The notes: generated from the letters alone by a model not told the origin. Positions 39,019 to 49,865 are shown, numbered from the stretch's first letter. The stretch is DNA of 52,029 nucleotides from an uncultured Pseudomonadota bacterium (GCA_913020725.1 CAJWCD010000007.1:1-52029); one strand, 5' to 3'. Translations and numbers: made by a program.

Positions 39019-39990
39019 TTAAATCGATCTTCGGTGTTGGCTCCAAAATTCTTGTATCATTTTCTGTAGATTGGGAATCAAGACCGACAGGATTAACAAA
39101 CCCCCAATAACCCCGGTTTGGACATGGCCAGTGATATTACTCAATGACATTCCGTTTCTCAAGTAAAGCACAATAAAAATGGAGAGAATAACCCCGTAAA
39201 TAGTGCCTGAACCTCCGAAAATACTGACCCCTCCAAGTAGTACCATAGTGATGATATCCAGTTCAAAAGAAAGTCCCATATCGCCACGAACTGCACCTAA
39301 ACGGGCAGCGAAAATAATCCCAGCCAGTGCGGAAATTAATCCTGATGCCGTGAATAAAAACATTTTGACTTTGGAAACGTTAACCCCGGAGTATAGAGCC
39401 ACATTCTGATTGATCCCTATAAAGTAAACATAGCGACCGAGACCAGTGTACTGCAGGATGATCACAACCAGCACCAGCAAACTAAAGAATAAAAGCATCG
39501 AAAGGGGGAATGGCCCCAGCAGCGGTTGCTGACCCAAGGCTTCAAACCACGGGGGAAACACACGAATGGAACGGTCTTCAACCAGCACCCGTGCCAAGCC
39601 CCGGAACCCGATCAGCATCGCCAATGTCACAACGAGAGACGGCAGTTTGAACACAGTGATCCAGAAGCCGTTGAAGGCCCCACCCAAGGCTCCAATGATC
39701 AGGCACAAACCTAAGGCCAGTATCATCGGAGTTCCAGATTCCACCAACCAACCCAATACACAGGCAGAAAGACCCATCATCGAAGCCACTGACAGGTCAA
39801 TTTCGGCATTCAGAATAATAAAGACCATGACCAAGGCAACAATGATTTTTTCGATTGACAATTCGAATATATTGATCTGGTTATCAATGCTCAGAAAAGA
39901 TTCTGAATTGAGGGCATTGACCAAGATGACCGATACTAGAATCAGACTCAGGAACCCTTCCCAACTTCTCAATTTTTTCAAAATAGACAT
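39019..39990 (-). CDS. Sugar ABC transporter permease (RhaQ-like)
   Basis: [40 protein letters not shown]. Confidence 0.9.
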   Translation of the reverse strand: MSILKKLRSWEGFLSLILVSVILVNALNSESFLSIDNQINIFELSIEKIIVALVMVFIILNAEIDLSVASMMGLSACVLGWLVESGTPMILALGLCLIIGALGGAFNGFWITVFKLPSLVVTLAMLIGFRGLARVLVEDRSIRVFPPWFEALGQQPLLGPFPLSMLLFFSLLVLVVIILQYTGLGRYVYFIGINQNVALYSGVNVSKVKMFLFTASGLISALAGIIFAARLGAVRGDMGLSFELDIITMVLLGGVSIFGGSGTIYGVILSIFIVLYLRNGMSLSNITGHVQTGVIGGLLILSVLIPNLQKMIQEFWSQHRRSI

Positions 39991-40009
39991 TAACGTTCCT
40001 TCAAGTAAA

Positions 40010-41029
40010 TCAAGAGTTCGTTTGAGCTAGTTTTTTCAAGCGGTAGTCACGAAAACGTTTCATAATAACACTGTCGGTTGCCACTGAAGCCAGAATTAAT
40101 ATTCCAAGCATGGCATCTCGCCAAAATTCGCTAATCTGCAACCAGCGGATCAGGCTGTTTTCCAACAAGTCAATTATAACGGCACCCAACACTGCGCCAA
40201 AAATACTTCCGGAGCCACCAAAAATATTGACTCCTCCAACTACTACTGCTGCAACAGATTTGAGTTCAAGACCGCTTCCGGCTACCACGGTAATGTTCCC
40301 AAACCGTGCTAGGAACATGAACCCAGTCAGTCCTGCTAGTGCACCACACATAACGAAGGCCGTAAAAATTATTTTCCGGTTAGAAAAACCGGAGTTTCTG
40401 GCCGCCTCCGGATTTGAACCGACTGCATATAGTTTTCGTCCGAAGGATGTGTAGCGCAAGCTTAGTTGAAAGAGTATGACCACAACTAACATTCCTGCGA
40501 CCATCAATCTTAGGTGTAAGCGTTCGTAACTCAATACATTGAACCTCGGCAGATCCAATAACCACTGAGGGAGATTGACGGTGAGTACGGTTTTGGCGTC
40601 GGAATATTCAACGAGCAAAGTTCGATACAGAGCCATCGTTCCCAAAGTGACAATAATGGCGGGGATGCGACAAAAGGCCACTAGGAAACCGTTGAATCCT
40701 CCCATCAAAGCTCCAACTCCAATGGCCATGAAAATTGCAACAAGTGGGGTGATCTCATTGTTTTGAGAAAGCTGCTGACCGACAAAGTAAGCCGTGAATC
40801 CCACCATGGAACCCACTGATAAATCTATATTGCGCGTCAAAACCACCAAAGTCTGCCCAATTGCCAGCACGCCCATGATGGCAACGCTCGTTGACACTCG
40901 GTTGAACAAACGTGCGTTGAGGTAATACTCGATTACAGTAGAAAAGAAAAGCAACACCACGAATATGAGCAGAAGCAAGACCAGTTCCCTCAATCTTTCC
41001 GGACGTAGTTTGTGTAAGAGGCCGTTCAT
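40010..41029 (-). CDS. Sugar ABC transporter permease (RhaP-like)
   Basis: [42 protein letters not shown]. Confidence 0.9.
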   Translation of the reverse strand: MNGLLHKLRPERLRELVLLLLIFVVLLFFSTVIEYYLNARLFNRVSTSVAIMGVLAIGQTLVVLTRNIDLSVGSMVGFTAYFVGQQLSQNNEITPLVAIFMAIGVGALMGGFNGFLVAFCRIPAIIVTLGTMALYRTLLVEYSDAKTVLTVNLPQWLLDLPRFNVLSYERLHLRLMVAGMLVVVILFQLSLRYTSFGRKLYAVGSNPEAARNSGFSNRKIIFTAFVMCGALAGLTGFMFLARFGNITVVAGSGLELKSVAAVVVGGVNIFGGSGSIFGAVLGAVIIDLLENSLIRWLQISEFWRDAMLGILILASVATDSVIMKRFRDYRLKKLAQTNS

Positions 41030-42537
41030 TAAGACTCCTTGTTCTGTCCCATCGCCAAGGACATGACAGATTCCGGAGTTGCATTTTGGCTTTTCACAAT
41101 TCCCATTTGCTTACCTTCCCGCATGATCAGGATTCGATCGCTCATGGCCAGCACTTCCGGGAGATCCGAGGAAATACAGATGATAGAGAGACCCTTCTCT
41201 GCTAATTCCTGTATCATCGCATGCACCTCAGCTTTCGCTCCAACATCAATCCCTCTAGTCGGTTCGTCCAAAATAATTATTTTTGGTTGGGTATTTAGCC
41301 ATTTACTGAACATCACTTTCTGTTGGTTACCACCGGATAATGTGCTAACTTCTTGCTCAAGCGAGGTGGTTTTTATTTGTAATCGATTTTTGAACTCATT
41401 GGCTGTTTCGTCTTCTTTCTCTTTATTAATGATTCCAAACTTGCCAAGATACCGACTTAATGACGGAAGGGTAATGTTTGAAGTGATTGACATGGGCATG
41501 GCCAAACCTAACTGATGCCGATCCTCGGTCATGTAGACGATCCCGAGTTTTTTTGCGGTTTGCGGTGAGTTAATTTTTACTGTTTCACCTTCAAGTTCGA
41601 TGCTTCCAGAATCGGCAGGATTTATACCAAACATTGCCAATCCAACATCAGTGCGACGGGAACCTACAAGTCCGGAAAATCCAAGTATCTCTCCTTCATG
41701 TAACTCAAAATTAATATTAGAGAACGTAGACTCCTTGGATAGATTTTTTACCGAGCAAATACGTTTACCGACTACTCTAGTTTTCCCTGTTGCGTAGAAT
41801 TGATCTACTTCCCGTCCAACCATCTCCTTTACGAGGCTGTCCTTGGTGACAGTAGACAGCGCATTGGTAGAGATGTGCCTGCCGTCACGAAGAACCGTGA
41901 TCCGGTCGGCGATTTCAAAGACCTCTTCTAATCGATGGCTGATGAACAAAAGAGCAACATTGTCTTGCTTGAGTTGCCTAGCCACACGGAATAGCTGATT
42001 GACCTCATGGTCTGATAACGAGGCAGTAGGTTCGTCCATGATGAGTACTCGAACATTCATCGAAATGGCTTTGGCAATTTCTACAGCCTGTTGTGCCGCG
42101 AGCGTCAATCCGCTTGCCGCATTGTGGACGTCAATACGGAAGCCCAAATCATTGAGGATTTTTTCAGCTTCTTCATATATCTTGTTCCAACGGACAAAAA
42201 ATCCCTGATTTTGATGACTGATGAAAATATTTTCTGCAACATCGAGATCCGGAAACAACAGTGGTTCCTGATAGATTGCTGCAATTCCGTAGGCTTGAGC
42301 TTCTTGAGAGTTGTTGATCTGGACAGGTTTTTCTGAAAGCCTTATTTCACCTTGATCGGCCTGCTGGATACCAGTCAGTATTTTAATCAGGGTTGATTTT
42401 CCAGCACCATTTTCTCCGACAAGTGCATGTATTTCTCCTGGGTACATTTTCAACGAAACTCCATCAAGTGCTTGAGTCATATCAAAACACTTGGAGATGT
42501 TCAGCACTTCTAGAACTGGCGGATTAGAGTTTTCCAA
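41029..42537 (-). CDS. Sugar ABC transporter ATP-binding protein with two ABC domains (RhaT-like)
   Basis: [34 protein letters not shown]. Confidence 0.93.
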   Translation of the reverse strand: MENSNPPVLEVLNISKCFDMTQALDGVSLKMYPGEIHALVGENGAGKSTLIKILTGIQQADQGEIRLSEKPVQINNSQEAQAYGIAAIYQEPLLFPDLDVAENIFISHQNQGFFVRWNKIYEEAEKILNDLGFRIDVHNAASGLTLAAQQAVEIAKAISMNVRVLIMDEPTASLSDHEVNQLFRVARQLKQDNVALLFISHRLEEVFEIADRITVLRDGRHISTNALSTVTKDSLVKEMVGREVDQFYATGKTRVVGKRICSVKNLSKESTFSNINFELHEGEILGFSGLVGSRRTDVGLAMFGINPADSGSIELEGETVKINSPQTAKKLGIVYMTEDRHQLGLAMPMSITSNITLPSLSRYLGKFGIINKEKEDETANEFKNRLQIKTTSLEQEVSTLSGGNQQKVMFSKWLNTQPKIIILDEPTRGIDVGAKAEVHAMIQELAEKGLSIICISSDLPEVLAMSDRILIMREGKQMGIVKSQNATPESVMSLAMGQNKES

Positions 42538-42564
42538 ATTATTTATTTTAAACGGTTGAAGTCT

Positions 42565-42891
42565 TCATTCCATGTGCCATTGCAGTGGAAGCAGAAATGG
42601 GTAATTAATTCGGGTGTCCACATCTATTTTCATTATGGGAGCCATGTATTCACCCCACTTCTGGTTGACTTCACTTTGGTTGATGCGGGCAATGGTTTTT
42701 TCCAAATCATCAGTTTCAAAATAGCCAAACAACGTCAAGCCATGACGGAAAATCGAGTAATTTTTTACTCCGGACTCCCGTAGCATTTCAACCATTTCCG
42801 GCCAGATTTCCTCATGCCTCTTTTTGTACTCTTCCTCATATCCGGGTCTGACTTCCAGAACCCAAGCAAATGATGTGTTGCTCATCTTCAT
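42565..42891 (-). CDS. rhaM: L-rhamnose mutarotase
   Basis: EEYKKRHEEIWPEM, NYSIF, LFGY, KW..YMA. Confidence 0.88.
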   Translation of the reverse strand: MKMSNTSFAWVLEVRPGYEEEYKKRHEEIWPEMVEMLRESGVKNYSIFRHGLTLFGYFETDDLEKTIARINQSEVNQKWGEYMAPIMKIDVDTRINYPFLLPLQWHME

Positions 42892-42944
42892 TTTCCTCAA
42901 CTGAGTTCAATTATTACGAAATTTTTGATTTAAAACTATATTGA

Positions 42945-43808
42945 TTATGACTTGCGGACCTCCTGAATTCGGTAGATTGAATCTGGATTCGGAGGTCTGG
43001 GATAAGGCATAATCATGTCCACATTTTCACATCGTGGTTGCAGGGTGCTTATCCCAATCACGATTTTTTCTTCGTATTCTGAAAAAGCACCATAAACTTC
43101 AAAATCAACCAAGGGCCAGGCATCAGCAGCAGCATATTCAAATAGTAACAGCCTGCGTGGTCGGTTTGAAAAATTCGGACTTGATCCATGCAGAGTTTTG
43201 ACGTGATGAAAGCTCGCGGAACCGGCTTTACCCGTAATTTTAACAGCTGTTGAAAGATCGATCCCTTCCTTTTCCAAGTCAATAGAACCACTAAAAATCC
43301 CCTTGTAGTGGTGATTCAAAGTTTTGCCCAGATGACTTTGTGGAACCACCATCAAAGGAGCATTGTCTTCGTCAATATCGTCAATCATGATCCCCACTGC
43401 CAACAAATCAGGATTGGTATGCGGATAAAATGCCCAGTCCTGATGCCAGTTCACCGCAGAGCCTCCGTGAGCGGCTTTGATGTTGAGTTTGCTGTTCCGG
43501 AAGCGGACATTTTCTCCGAGCAGTATTTTTAACACAAGGAGTATTTTGGGGTTCCGCACTGCCCTGCTAAACACCTCGCTCTGCTTGTGTGGAACTTTAA
43601 TCCGCTGCACGCGAGGGGCGGCCTCCGAGTGATCTGGTTCCAGATCGAATTTCGAGTCTGATTTCTGGTGGTTTTTTGACTGCTCCACCAGCTCATCGGT
43701 CCCCCGCTGGAATTCGGCAACTTCCGCCTCGTCAAACAGTTCATTGATTACGACAAATCCCTGACGTTGGTAGTTGTCTTTCAGTTCACTAGGATCAGCT
43801 CTCAGCAT
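42945..43808 (-). CDS. Phytanoyl-CoA dioxygenase (PhyH) family Fe(II)/2-oxoglutarate oxygenase
   Basis: WHQDW (HxD), NAPL.VVP.SH, GS..FHH..TLHGS..N.S..PRR. Confidence 0.88.
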   Translation of the reverse strand: MLRADPSELKDNYQRQGFVVINELFDEAEVAEFQRGTDELVEQSKNHQKSDSKFDLEPDHSEAAPRVQRIKVPHKQSEVFSRAVRNPKILLVLKILLGENVRFRNSKLNIKAAHGGSAVNWHQDWAFYPHTNPDLLAVGIMIDDIDEDNAPLMVVPQSHLGKTLNHHYKGIFSGSIDLEKEGIDLSTAVKITGKAGSASFHHVKTLHGSSPNFSNRPRRLLLFEYAAADAWPLVDFEVYGAFSEYEEKIVIGISTLQPRCENVDMIMPYPRPPNPDSIYRIQEVRKS

Positions 43809-44899
43809 GTTACGGTTTTACCCGTTGAAATTGATTCATACATTGCTTTCAGGACTTGAATAGTTTTTGCCCCCACAACATGATCTCCGCAGTTGCGGGC
43901 TTGCCCGTCCCGGCAAAGTGTGATGAAACGGTTAATTGATTCTTGAGTGGAATAAGAGCCGTACCCCTCCCCTAGCTTCATGGATTCAATCGTATCGTTT
44001 CTATCAAAACGACGGATTTGCAAGCGCTCTCGACCTTCTTCTACATCCAGCAATAGCATTCCCTCACTGCCGTAAACCTTGAGATCTAACTGAGGTGGAC
44101 AGTGTTTCGGCAATCCCGCAGCACCGGAAATCGTTCCCGTAGCATCCTGCGTGAAGCGCAGGATGGCGGCATCAAAATAATCTACACCAGTGGGGGACTT
44201 GCCTGCTACTGCATGGATGTCCATTGGCTCTAGGCCCGTCACGAAAAACAACGCAGCCAGTGCATGGGACATCTGCCCCCACCCATAGCCGCCAGCACGT
44301 TGCGGATCGGCCCATGTTGATGCCGGGGGGCGGAACAAATGTTTCTCGGTTTCCAGCATGGGTTCGCCTCCAAATAAATCCATCAACGCCGAAGACATGT
44401 GCAGCACGATGTGCTTGATCTCGCCAATCTGCCCGTCCCGGACATGATCTGCGGCCTGCTCCATGAAGCGGGTGTGGTTCAAGCCGTAAGGCGTCATCAG
44501 AATCTTTCCGGATTGTTCCACCATTTGGCTCAGATCACGGGCCTCCTGAATTTCGGTCACCATGGGCTTCTCCACCAAAACATGACAGCGATTCTCCAAC
44601 GCAGCTGCCGCGTGTTCAAAGTGGTAGGTGTGGGGAGATGATACGATCACTCCATCGGGATGCTGGGAGTAAACCTCCCGATGGTTTTCCGTGACATGAG
44701 GAATCCCGAAACGGTTTTTGATGTGGTCGAGTTCCTTGGCTCCAAGCCTCGATGCTGATACCAGTTCGGCATTTGGGTTTTGTAACACATGCGGGATGTG
44801 GAACTCGCAGGCCCACCATCCAGCACCGACAACGGCAATTCGTGCAGTCTCTTTCATCGTAGCAGCTTTGTTTATGATCAAACTCCGTTCGGAGGACAC
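43802..44899 (-). CDS. Gfo/Idh/MocA family oxidoreductase
   Basis: IAVVGAGWW Rossmann motif, VSSPH..H, HVLVEKPM, GGYG...SH. Alternative ATG at 44857. Confidence 0.9.
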   Translation of the reverse strand: MSSERSLIINKAATMKETARIAVVGAGWWACEFHIPHVLQNPNAELVSASRLGAKELDHIKNRFGIPHVTENHREVYSQHPDGVIVSSPHTYHFEHAAAALENRCHVLVEKPMVTEIQEARDLSQMVEQSGKILMTPYGLNHTRFMEQAADHVRDGQIGEIKHIVLHMSSALMDLFGGEPMLETEKHLFRPPASTWADPQRAGGYGWGQMSHALAALFFVTGLEPMDIHAVAGKSPTGVDYFDAAILRFTQDATGTISGAAGLPKHCPPQLDLKVYGSEGMLLLDVEEGRERLQIRRFDRNDTIESMKLGEGYGSYSTQESINRFITLCRDGQARNCGDHVVGAKTIQVLKAMYESISTGKTVTC

Positions 44900-45035
44900 C
44901 CGGGTCTCATTTTCTCTTGAGATATTATGTATGATATGCTATTCTCGTAAAATGGAAAGTGCAACATTTTTTTAGAGACTGGTATCATGGGAAGGAATCT
45001 CTACGATTCCATCCCGGACTTCCCAAGGGCCAAGT

Positions 45036-45707
45036 ATGGAGACACTGTCACTGGAAATTGAAACTCCACACCGATCGCTGGCACAGATTGCGGCTGATAC
45101 GATCCGAGTCAGCATCATCCGCAAGGAACTCCGGCTGGATCAACCGCTAACCGAGACGGCGCTGTCTCAGGCGCTTGAGATCAGCAAGACCCCGGTGCGC
45201 GAGGCACTGTCACTGCTGAGGTCTGAAAGGTTAGTCGTTTCGGAAACACACAAGGGGTACCGGGTGTTTTCAATGAACCAGCAGGAACTTGTGCAGTTCT
45301 GCGAACTTCGTTTCGCGCTGGAGTCCCAAGCCTTGCGCTACGGGGCGGATCGCGACCACTCCGGACTGACGCGGCAACTTGAGCTGATTCTGGGAAGAAT
45401 GGCAGACAACCAAGGAGAGTTGGAGCGCGAGAACTACTTGTCTCTGGACACTCAGTTTCACCAGGCGTTTTTCGAGGCCAGCGGCAATCGTTTCTTGACC
45501 GAACACTACAACAGCATCAACTCAATCATCGAGACGATCCGTCACTACATTTCGCAGACGAATGACGCTACGCAAACTTCCCTGAAAGACCACCGGGCGC
45601 TGGTGGAGCAGGTCGCAAACGGTCGGCTGGAGGAGGCGGTCAGGCAGTTGGAGAAGCACATTGTCAACTGGTCCCGTCGTGCTATCTTGGAACCCGTACT
45701 ATTGTAA
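45036..45707 (+). CDS. GntR family (FadR/FCD) transcriptional regulator
   Basis: TETAL...L.ISKTPVREAL, LRFALE, D.QFH, N.FL, H..L...LEKH. Divergent from the sugar operon. Confidence 0.92.
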   Translation: METLSLEIETPHRSLAQIAADTIRVSIIRKELRLDQPLTETALSQALEISKTPVREALSLLRSERLVVSETHKGYRVFSMNQQELVQFCELRFALESQALRYGADRDHSGLTRQLELILGRMADNQGELERENYLSLDTQFHQAFFEASGNRFLTEHYNSINSIIETIRHYISQTNDATQTSLKDHRALVEQVANGRLEEAVRQLEKHIVNWSRRAILEPVLL

Positions 45708-45783
45708 CGACCACACGTTGGCAGTGTCGTCCGCGGACCGTGACGGAATGCTCTTGACACAAGCGCTTGGATTGCCAGAAGGG

Positions 45784-46728
45784 TTAAGTGAACTGAGTCG
45801 CTGAGTCGGGGTGCAGGGGCAGGCTGAAGCTGAAACCGGAGGCGCGTTCCTGCTCGCGGTGAAATTCAAGGGCGATGCCGTGCCGGTCCAGCACATCCCA
45901 CGCGACCAGCAGTTCCAACCCGAAGGTGTCTGATTCCTCCAGCTGCTGCGTCAGGAAATCCGCAAGGGTGGCTGTTTCCGGAAGTTCCCAATCCGCAGCC
46001 CCCGACAGGGCCACGAGTAGTTGCGCGGAATCCAGCCCGGACTTCCGCAGGGTGACGGTAATCTCCTCGTCAGGGTTGCGGCGTTGGACTTCTTGAAGCA
46101 GCAGCAAGGCCGCTTCCTCAAAGCGGGCGGGATCCAACTGTCCCACCGCCTGCAAACGGGGAGATGAGAACAGGCGGATGCTGGCCGTCTCTAGGCTTTG
46201 CTGGCGGGCGAGTTCCTTGAAAAAATCCAAGAGGTCGAGCCAGTCGGTTTTTGGAACCCACGGATTTTTCAGTGGTTCGGCGTGGCGCTGGAGGGTGAGG
46301 ATACGTTCGGTGAGGATCAGGAGCCGATCCCGGCAGCGTTGTACCAAACCAAGGGCTTCCGGATGCATGATCCGCCCGAGCGTGGTTTCCAGTTCGGAAA
46401 GGGTTTGCATGAGCGACTGCCCCAATTCCTCCAACAATCGGAAAAGCACCGCCACGCCATGCTGACGAAGGTCGGTACCACTTGTTAGTTTGGGCGGATG
46501 CTGCTGCGACTCCAGTTCTCCCTCAAGCTGCCGAGTCCGGGAATCAGCTTCGGCCAGCCGTCCGTCCAGTGTTTGGCGGGTTTTCTGCAACTCCCCAACC
46601 TGCTTGTCGAGCTTGTCGACTTCCTGTTGGAGTAGAACGATCTGCCGATCTGCTTCGTCTGGAAGATAGGATTCTGCCCCTTCCGCTTGTAATGCAGGGG
46701 GAAGCCTTGTTATGATTTCTCTAGACAT
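45784..46728 (-). CDS. Coiled-coil protein with degenerate histidine-kinase-like C-terminus
   Basis: N-terminal heptad coil. C-terminus LDPARFEEA..., FGLEL...LDRHG..L....GFSFSLP resembles HATPase_c without the catalytic boxes. Confidence 0.55.
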   Translation of the reverse strand: MSREIITRLPPALQAEGAESYLPDEADRQIVLLQQEVDKLDKQVGELQKTRQTLDGRLAEADSRTRQLEGELESQQHPPKLTSGTDLRQHGVAVLFRLLEELGQSLMQTLSELETTLGRIMHPEALGLVQRCRDRLLILTERILTLQRHAEPLKNPWVPKTDWLDLLDFFKELARQQSLETASIRLFSSPRLQAVGQLDPARFEEAALLLLQEVQRRNPDEEITVTLRKSGLDSAQLLVALSGAADWELPETATLADFLTQQLEESDTFGLELLVAWDVLDRHGIALEFHREQERASGFSFSLPLHPDSATQFT

Positions 46729-46757
46729 TCTTGCATCAATTTTGACCTAACTCACCC

Positions 46758-47627
46758 GTGAACCCACTAACACACTCGCACAGTTTCCTCAGCCTCTTCG
46801 TGAGCAGCTTCCGGCTCTATCGAAAGCACTTCCTGCCGATGGTGCTGCTGACCGGAGTGCTGCTGATCCCGTCAATGCTGCTGAGCATCGGCGGATTGAT
46901 CGAGACGGAAAGTGTCTTGTTCATGCTGATGATGCACATCTTAGAAGGGGCGATAGCGCTCGGAGTGGTGGTCCTCGCCTTTCAGGGAGGAGCCTTCCCA
47001 ACCCTAGGCATCCTCAACATTTTCCGCAGTCGCGTGTTTTTTGGGGCCATGCACATCGCGGTCCTGCAGTACATGCTCTTCCTCTTTGGCGTGATCGGAA
47101 TGACACTGCCGTTCCCGATCAACGTGATGATGGTTTCGCTTTGGTTGTTCAGCCTCTTTGCCTTCTCACTCGCTCAACCCGTGTACATGGTGGAGCAGGT
47201 GCGGGGTTTGCCCGCCTTGGCCCGCAGTTTCCAACTCGTCCGCACCAAGCTCTCCCGGGTGTCCGGAGTGATTGTGACCAGCACGGCGTTGCAGTTCTTG
47301 TTGATGTGGGTGCTGTTGCAGGCGTTTCTGCCGGAACTTGATTTTGAACTCAATCCCGACTCTGCCCTAGAGGTGCAGATCATCGGACTCATTCAGAATG
47401 AGGAGGTGAAACAGGCGATCCACTGGGCGAAGTACCTCACCGCCCTGTTCTTCTTCCCGTTTGCCGCACTGCTTTCCGTGCTGCTCTACTTCGACCTCGC
47501 GCACCAGGAATCCGGATTCCAACTAGAGCAGTTGGAGCAGCTTTCCCAGCGTTGGTTCGGCCCTCCCTCGCAAACCTCCCAAACTGACCCTGAGCCGCCG
47601 GAGCATCCGGAGGGCGGGGAGCAATGA
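46758..47627 (+). CDS. Polytopic membrane protein of unknown function
   Basis: Several hydrophobic segments; 'F.LY..HF', 'E..G...AL.RS..LV' and 'LLYFDL' patterns. Overlaps the engB start. Confidence 0.7.
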   Translation: MNPLTHSHSFLSLFVSSFRLYRKHFLPMVLLTGVLLIPSMLLSIGGLIETESVLFMLMMHILEGAIALGVVVLAFQGGAFPTLGILNIFRSRVFFGAMHIAVLQYMLFLFGVIGMTLPFPINVMMVSLWLFSLFAFSLAQPVYMVEQVRGLPALARSFQLVRTKLSRVSGVIVTSTALQFLLMWVLLQAFLPELDFELNPDSALEVQIIGLIQNEEVKQAIHWAKYLTALFFFPFAALLSVLLYFDLAHQESGFQLEQLEQLSQRWFGPPSQTSQTDPEPPEHPEGGEQ

Positions 47628-48202
47628 AAATCACCTCGGCGGAACTGGTCATCAGTGCCGCTGCCCCCAAGCAGTTTCCGCCCACCAAAGTTCCGGAGGT
47701 CGCCTTTGTGGGGCGCTCCAACGTGGGCAAGTCCACGCTGATCAATTCGCTCCTCAACCGCAAGAGCCTCGTCAAGACCAGCTCGACTCCGGGCAAGACG
47801 CAACTCATCAACTTCTTCCGGATCAACCAGAGTTTCCACTGCGTTGACCTGCCGGGCTATGGCTTTGCAAAGGTTCCGGAACCCATCCGGCGGAGTTGGC
47901 TGGCACTGATCGAGGCGTACCTCGCTGGGCGGGAGCCGCTGCGTGGGGTGGTGCTGATCATCGACAGCCGACAAGGGCCGACTGCGGAGGATGTCCAGTT
48001 CAAACAGTGGCTCGACGAGAGCCAGCGTCCTGTGCTGGTGGTGGCGAACAAGGTGGACAAGCTCAAGCGCAACGACCTCGCCAAGCAGAACCGGATCATC
48101 CAGCAAAAACTTGGGCTGGAGCAACCGCCACTGGCCCACTCGTCTCTCAAAAAAATCGGACGCCGCCAGATTTGGGGCGCCCTGCGACCGTGGCTTTCCT
48201 GA
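47624..48202 (+). CDS. engB: Ribosome biogenesis GTPase EngB (YihA/YsxC)
   Basis: GRSNVGKS, PGKTQLIN, DLPGYG, NKVD. Confidence 0.95.
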   Translation: MKITSAELVISAAAPKQFPPTKVPEVAFVGRSNVGKSTLINSLLNRKSLVKTSSTPGKTQLINFFRINQSFHCVDLPGYGFAKVPEPIRRSWLALIEAYLAGREPLRGVVLIIDSRQGPTAEDVQFKQWLDESQRPVLVVANKVDKLKRNDLAKQNRIIQQKLGLEQPPLAHSSLKKIGRRQIWGALRPWLS

Positions 48203-48205
48203 AAC

Positions 48206-48634
48206 TCAGCCGGCGTTGACCAGTTCGGTCTTGGCGAAGAAGTAGGCGATCTCGATGGCCGCGTTCTCCAAGCTGTCCGAACCGTGGACCGTGTTCTCAC
48301 CGATGCTTTCCGCAAAATCCTTGCGGATCGTGCCTTCGGCGGCGTCAGCAGGATTGGTCGCACCCATCACCTCGCGGTGCTTGGCAACCGCGTTTTCGCC
48401 TTCCAAAACGGTGACGACCACCGGACTCCGGGACATGAATTCGGTGAGTTCTCCGAAAAACGGGCGCTCGCGGTGAACGTCGTAGAAGCCCTCGGCTTGC
48501 TTGCGGGACATCTGGATCATCCGGGTGGCGACGATGCGCAGTCCGTTCTGCTCAAAGCGTTGTAGGATTTGGCCAACGAGATTGCGCTCCGTGCCGTCTG
48601 GTTTGATGATTGAGAAGGTTTGTTCCTTGGCCAT
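48206..48634 (-). CDS. ndk: Nucleoside diphosphate kinase
   Basis: [26 protein letters not shown]. Confidence 0.97.
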   Translation of the reverse strand: MAKEQTFSIIKPDGTERNLVGQILQRFEQNGLRIVATRMIQMSRKQAEGFYDVHRERPFFGELTEFMSRSPVVVTVLEGENAVAKHREVMGATNPADAAEGTIRKDFAESIGENTVHGSDSLENAAIEIAYFFAKTELVNAG

Positions 48635-48658
48635 GATGTTTGGTGTTGAGGTGAGAGA

Positions 48659-49270
48659 TTAAGAAATGAAGGCACAGAAATTACGCAGGAGTCGCAACCC
48701 GGCATCCTGACTTTTTTCAGGATGGAACTGCACGCCCCAAACATTCTGCTTGCGCACGACCGAGGTGAAACGAATGCCGTACTCGGTTTCAGCGAGCGTG
48801 GTTTCCGGTTCGTGGGGAATCATGTGGTACGAGTGGACGAAGTAAAAATGGGCGCCGTCCGCAATCCCGTCCAGCAACGGATCGGCTTTCCGTGACTCCA
48901 CCTGATTCCAGCCGATCTGCGGAATCTTGAGATCATGCCGAAAGCGCTGGACCCGTCCGGGAATCCAGCCAAGTCCGGGATGGAGGCCATCCTCTTCGCT
49001 CTCATCGAGCAGGAGTTGCGAACCCACGCAAATGCCGAGCAAAGGCGTTCCCGCTTGCATCCGCTCGCTCAGCACGTCCAGCATTCCGGAACCCCGCAGC
49101 CGTTCCAGTGCTGGTGCAAACGCACCCACGCCCGGAAGCAGAATGCGCTCTGCGGTTTGCAACGGCTCTGGGTCACGGACCACAACGCATTCCACCCCAA
49201 GGTGATCGAGGGCATTCTTGAGGTTTGCGAGGTTGCCAACGCCGTAATCAATGATGGCAGTTGTTGCCAT
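48659..49270 (-). CDS. hisH: Imidazole glycerol phosphate synthase glutaminase subunit
   Basis: IIDYGVGNL, LPGVGAF, GICVG, YFVHSY, QFHPEKS. Confidence 0.96.
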   Translation of the reverse strand: MATTAIIDYGVGNLANLKNALDHLGVECVVVRDPEPLQTAERILLPGVGAFAPALERLRGSGMLDVLSERMQAGTPLLGICVGSQLLLDESEEDGLHPGLGWIPGRVQRFRHDLKIPQIGWNQVESRKADPLLDGIADGAHFYFVHSYHMIPHEPETTLAETEYGIRFTSVVRKQNVWGVQFHPEKSQDAGLRLLRNFCAFIS

Positions 49271-49271
49271 C

Positions 49272-49865
49272 TCAGAGTGTTCCCTTGGTGGAAGTCACGG
49301 TCTGCCGCCGGGGATCACGCTCCACCGCCTGACGTAGTGCCCGTGCGAGTGCTTTGAACAGCCCCTCGCACTGGTGATGATCGTTTGAGCCATAAAGAAT
49401 GGCGAGGTGCAAAGTACTTGCCGAGGTGAGCGCGAAGGACTTGAAAAAATGCGGGATCAACTGGGTGTCCCATTCGCCGATCGCAGGTTGGGTGAACTCA
49501 CCCTGAAAGACAAACTCCGGACGCCCGGAGAGGTCGATCACGCAGCGTAGTAGCGCCTCGTCCATGGGAACGTAGGCGTGTCCAAAACGCTGGATGCCCT
49601 GCTTATCGCCTAGTGCCTCCCGGATGGCCTGACCGAGCGCGAGGGCGATGTCTTCTGTGCTGTGGTGTCCATCAATGTGCAGGTCACCTTTGCAGCGCAC
49701 TTCAAGGTCGAGTAACCCATGGAACGTAAGCTGGTCGAGCATGTGATCGAGAAAGCCAAGGCCCGTGTTCACGTCCGACTTTCCGGTGCCATCAAGATTG
49801 ACGCACACCCGAATTTGAGTCTCCTTGGTGTTGCGCTCAACCGTGGCGGTTCGTTCCGAGTTCAT
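49272..49865 (-). CDS. hisB: Imidazoleglycerol-phosphate dehydratase
   Basis: RNTKETQI, FLDHML, GDLHIDGHH..ED, PMDE, NDHH..E..FKA, STKG. Confidence 0.96.
   Translation of the reverse strand: MNSERTATVERNTKETQIRVCVNLDGTGKSDVNTGLGFLDHMLDQLTFHGLLDLEVRCKGDLHIDGHHSTEDIALALGQAIREALGDKQGIQRFGHAYVPMDEALLRCVIDLSGRPEFVFQGEFTQPAIGEWDTQLIPHFFKSFALTSASTLHLAILYGSNDHHQCEGLFKALARALRQAVERDPRRQTVTSTKGTL

Noticed and set aside
44900..45035. GntR operator and promoters in the divergent gap
   Set aside because: An AT-rich region with a weak GTATGATAT-like candidate, but no clear palindrome that I can support.
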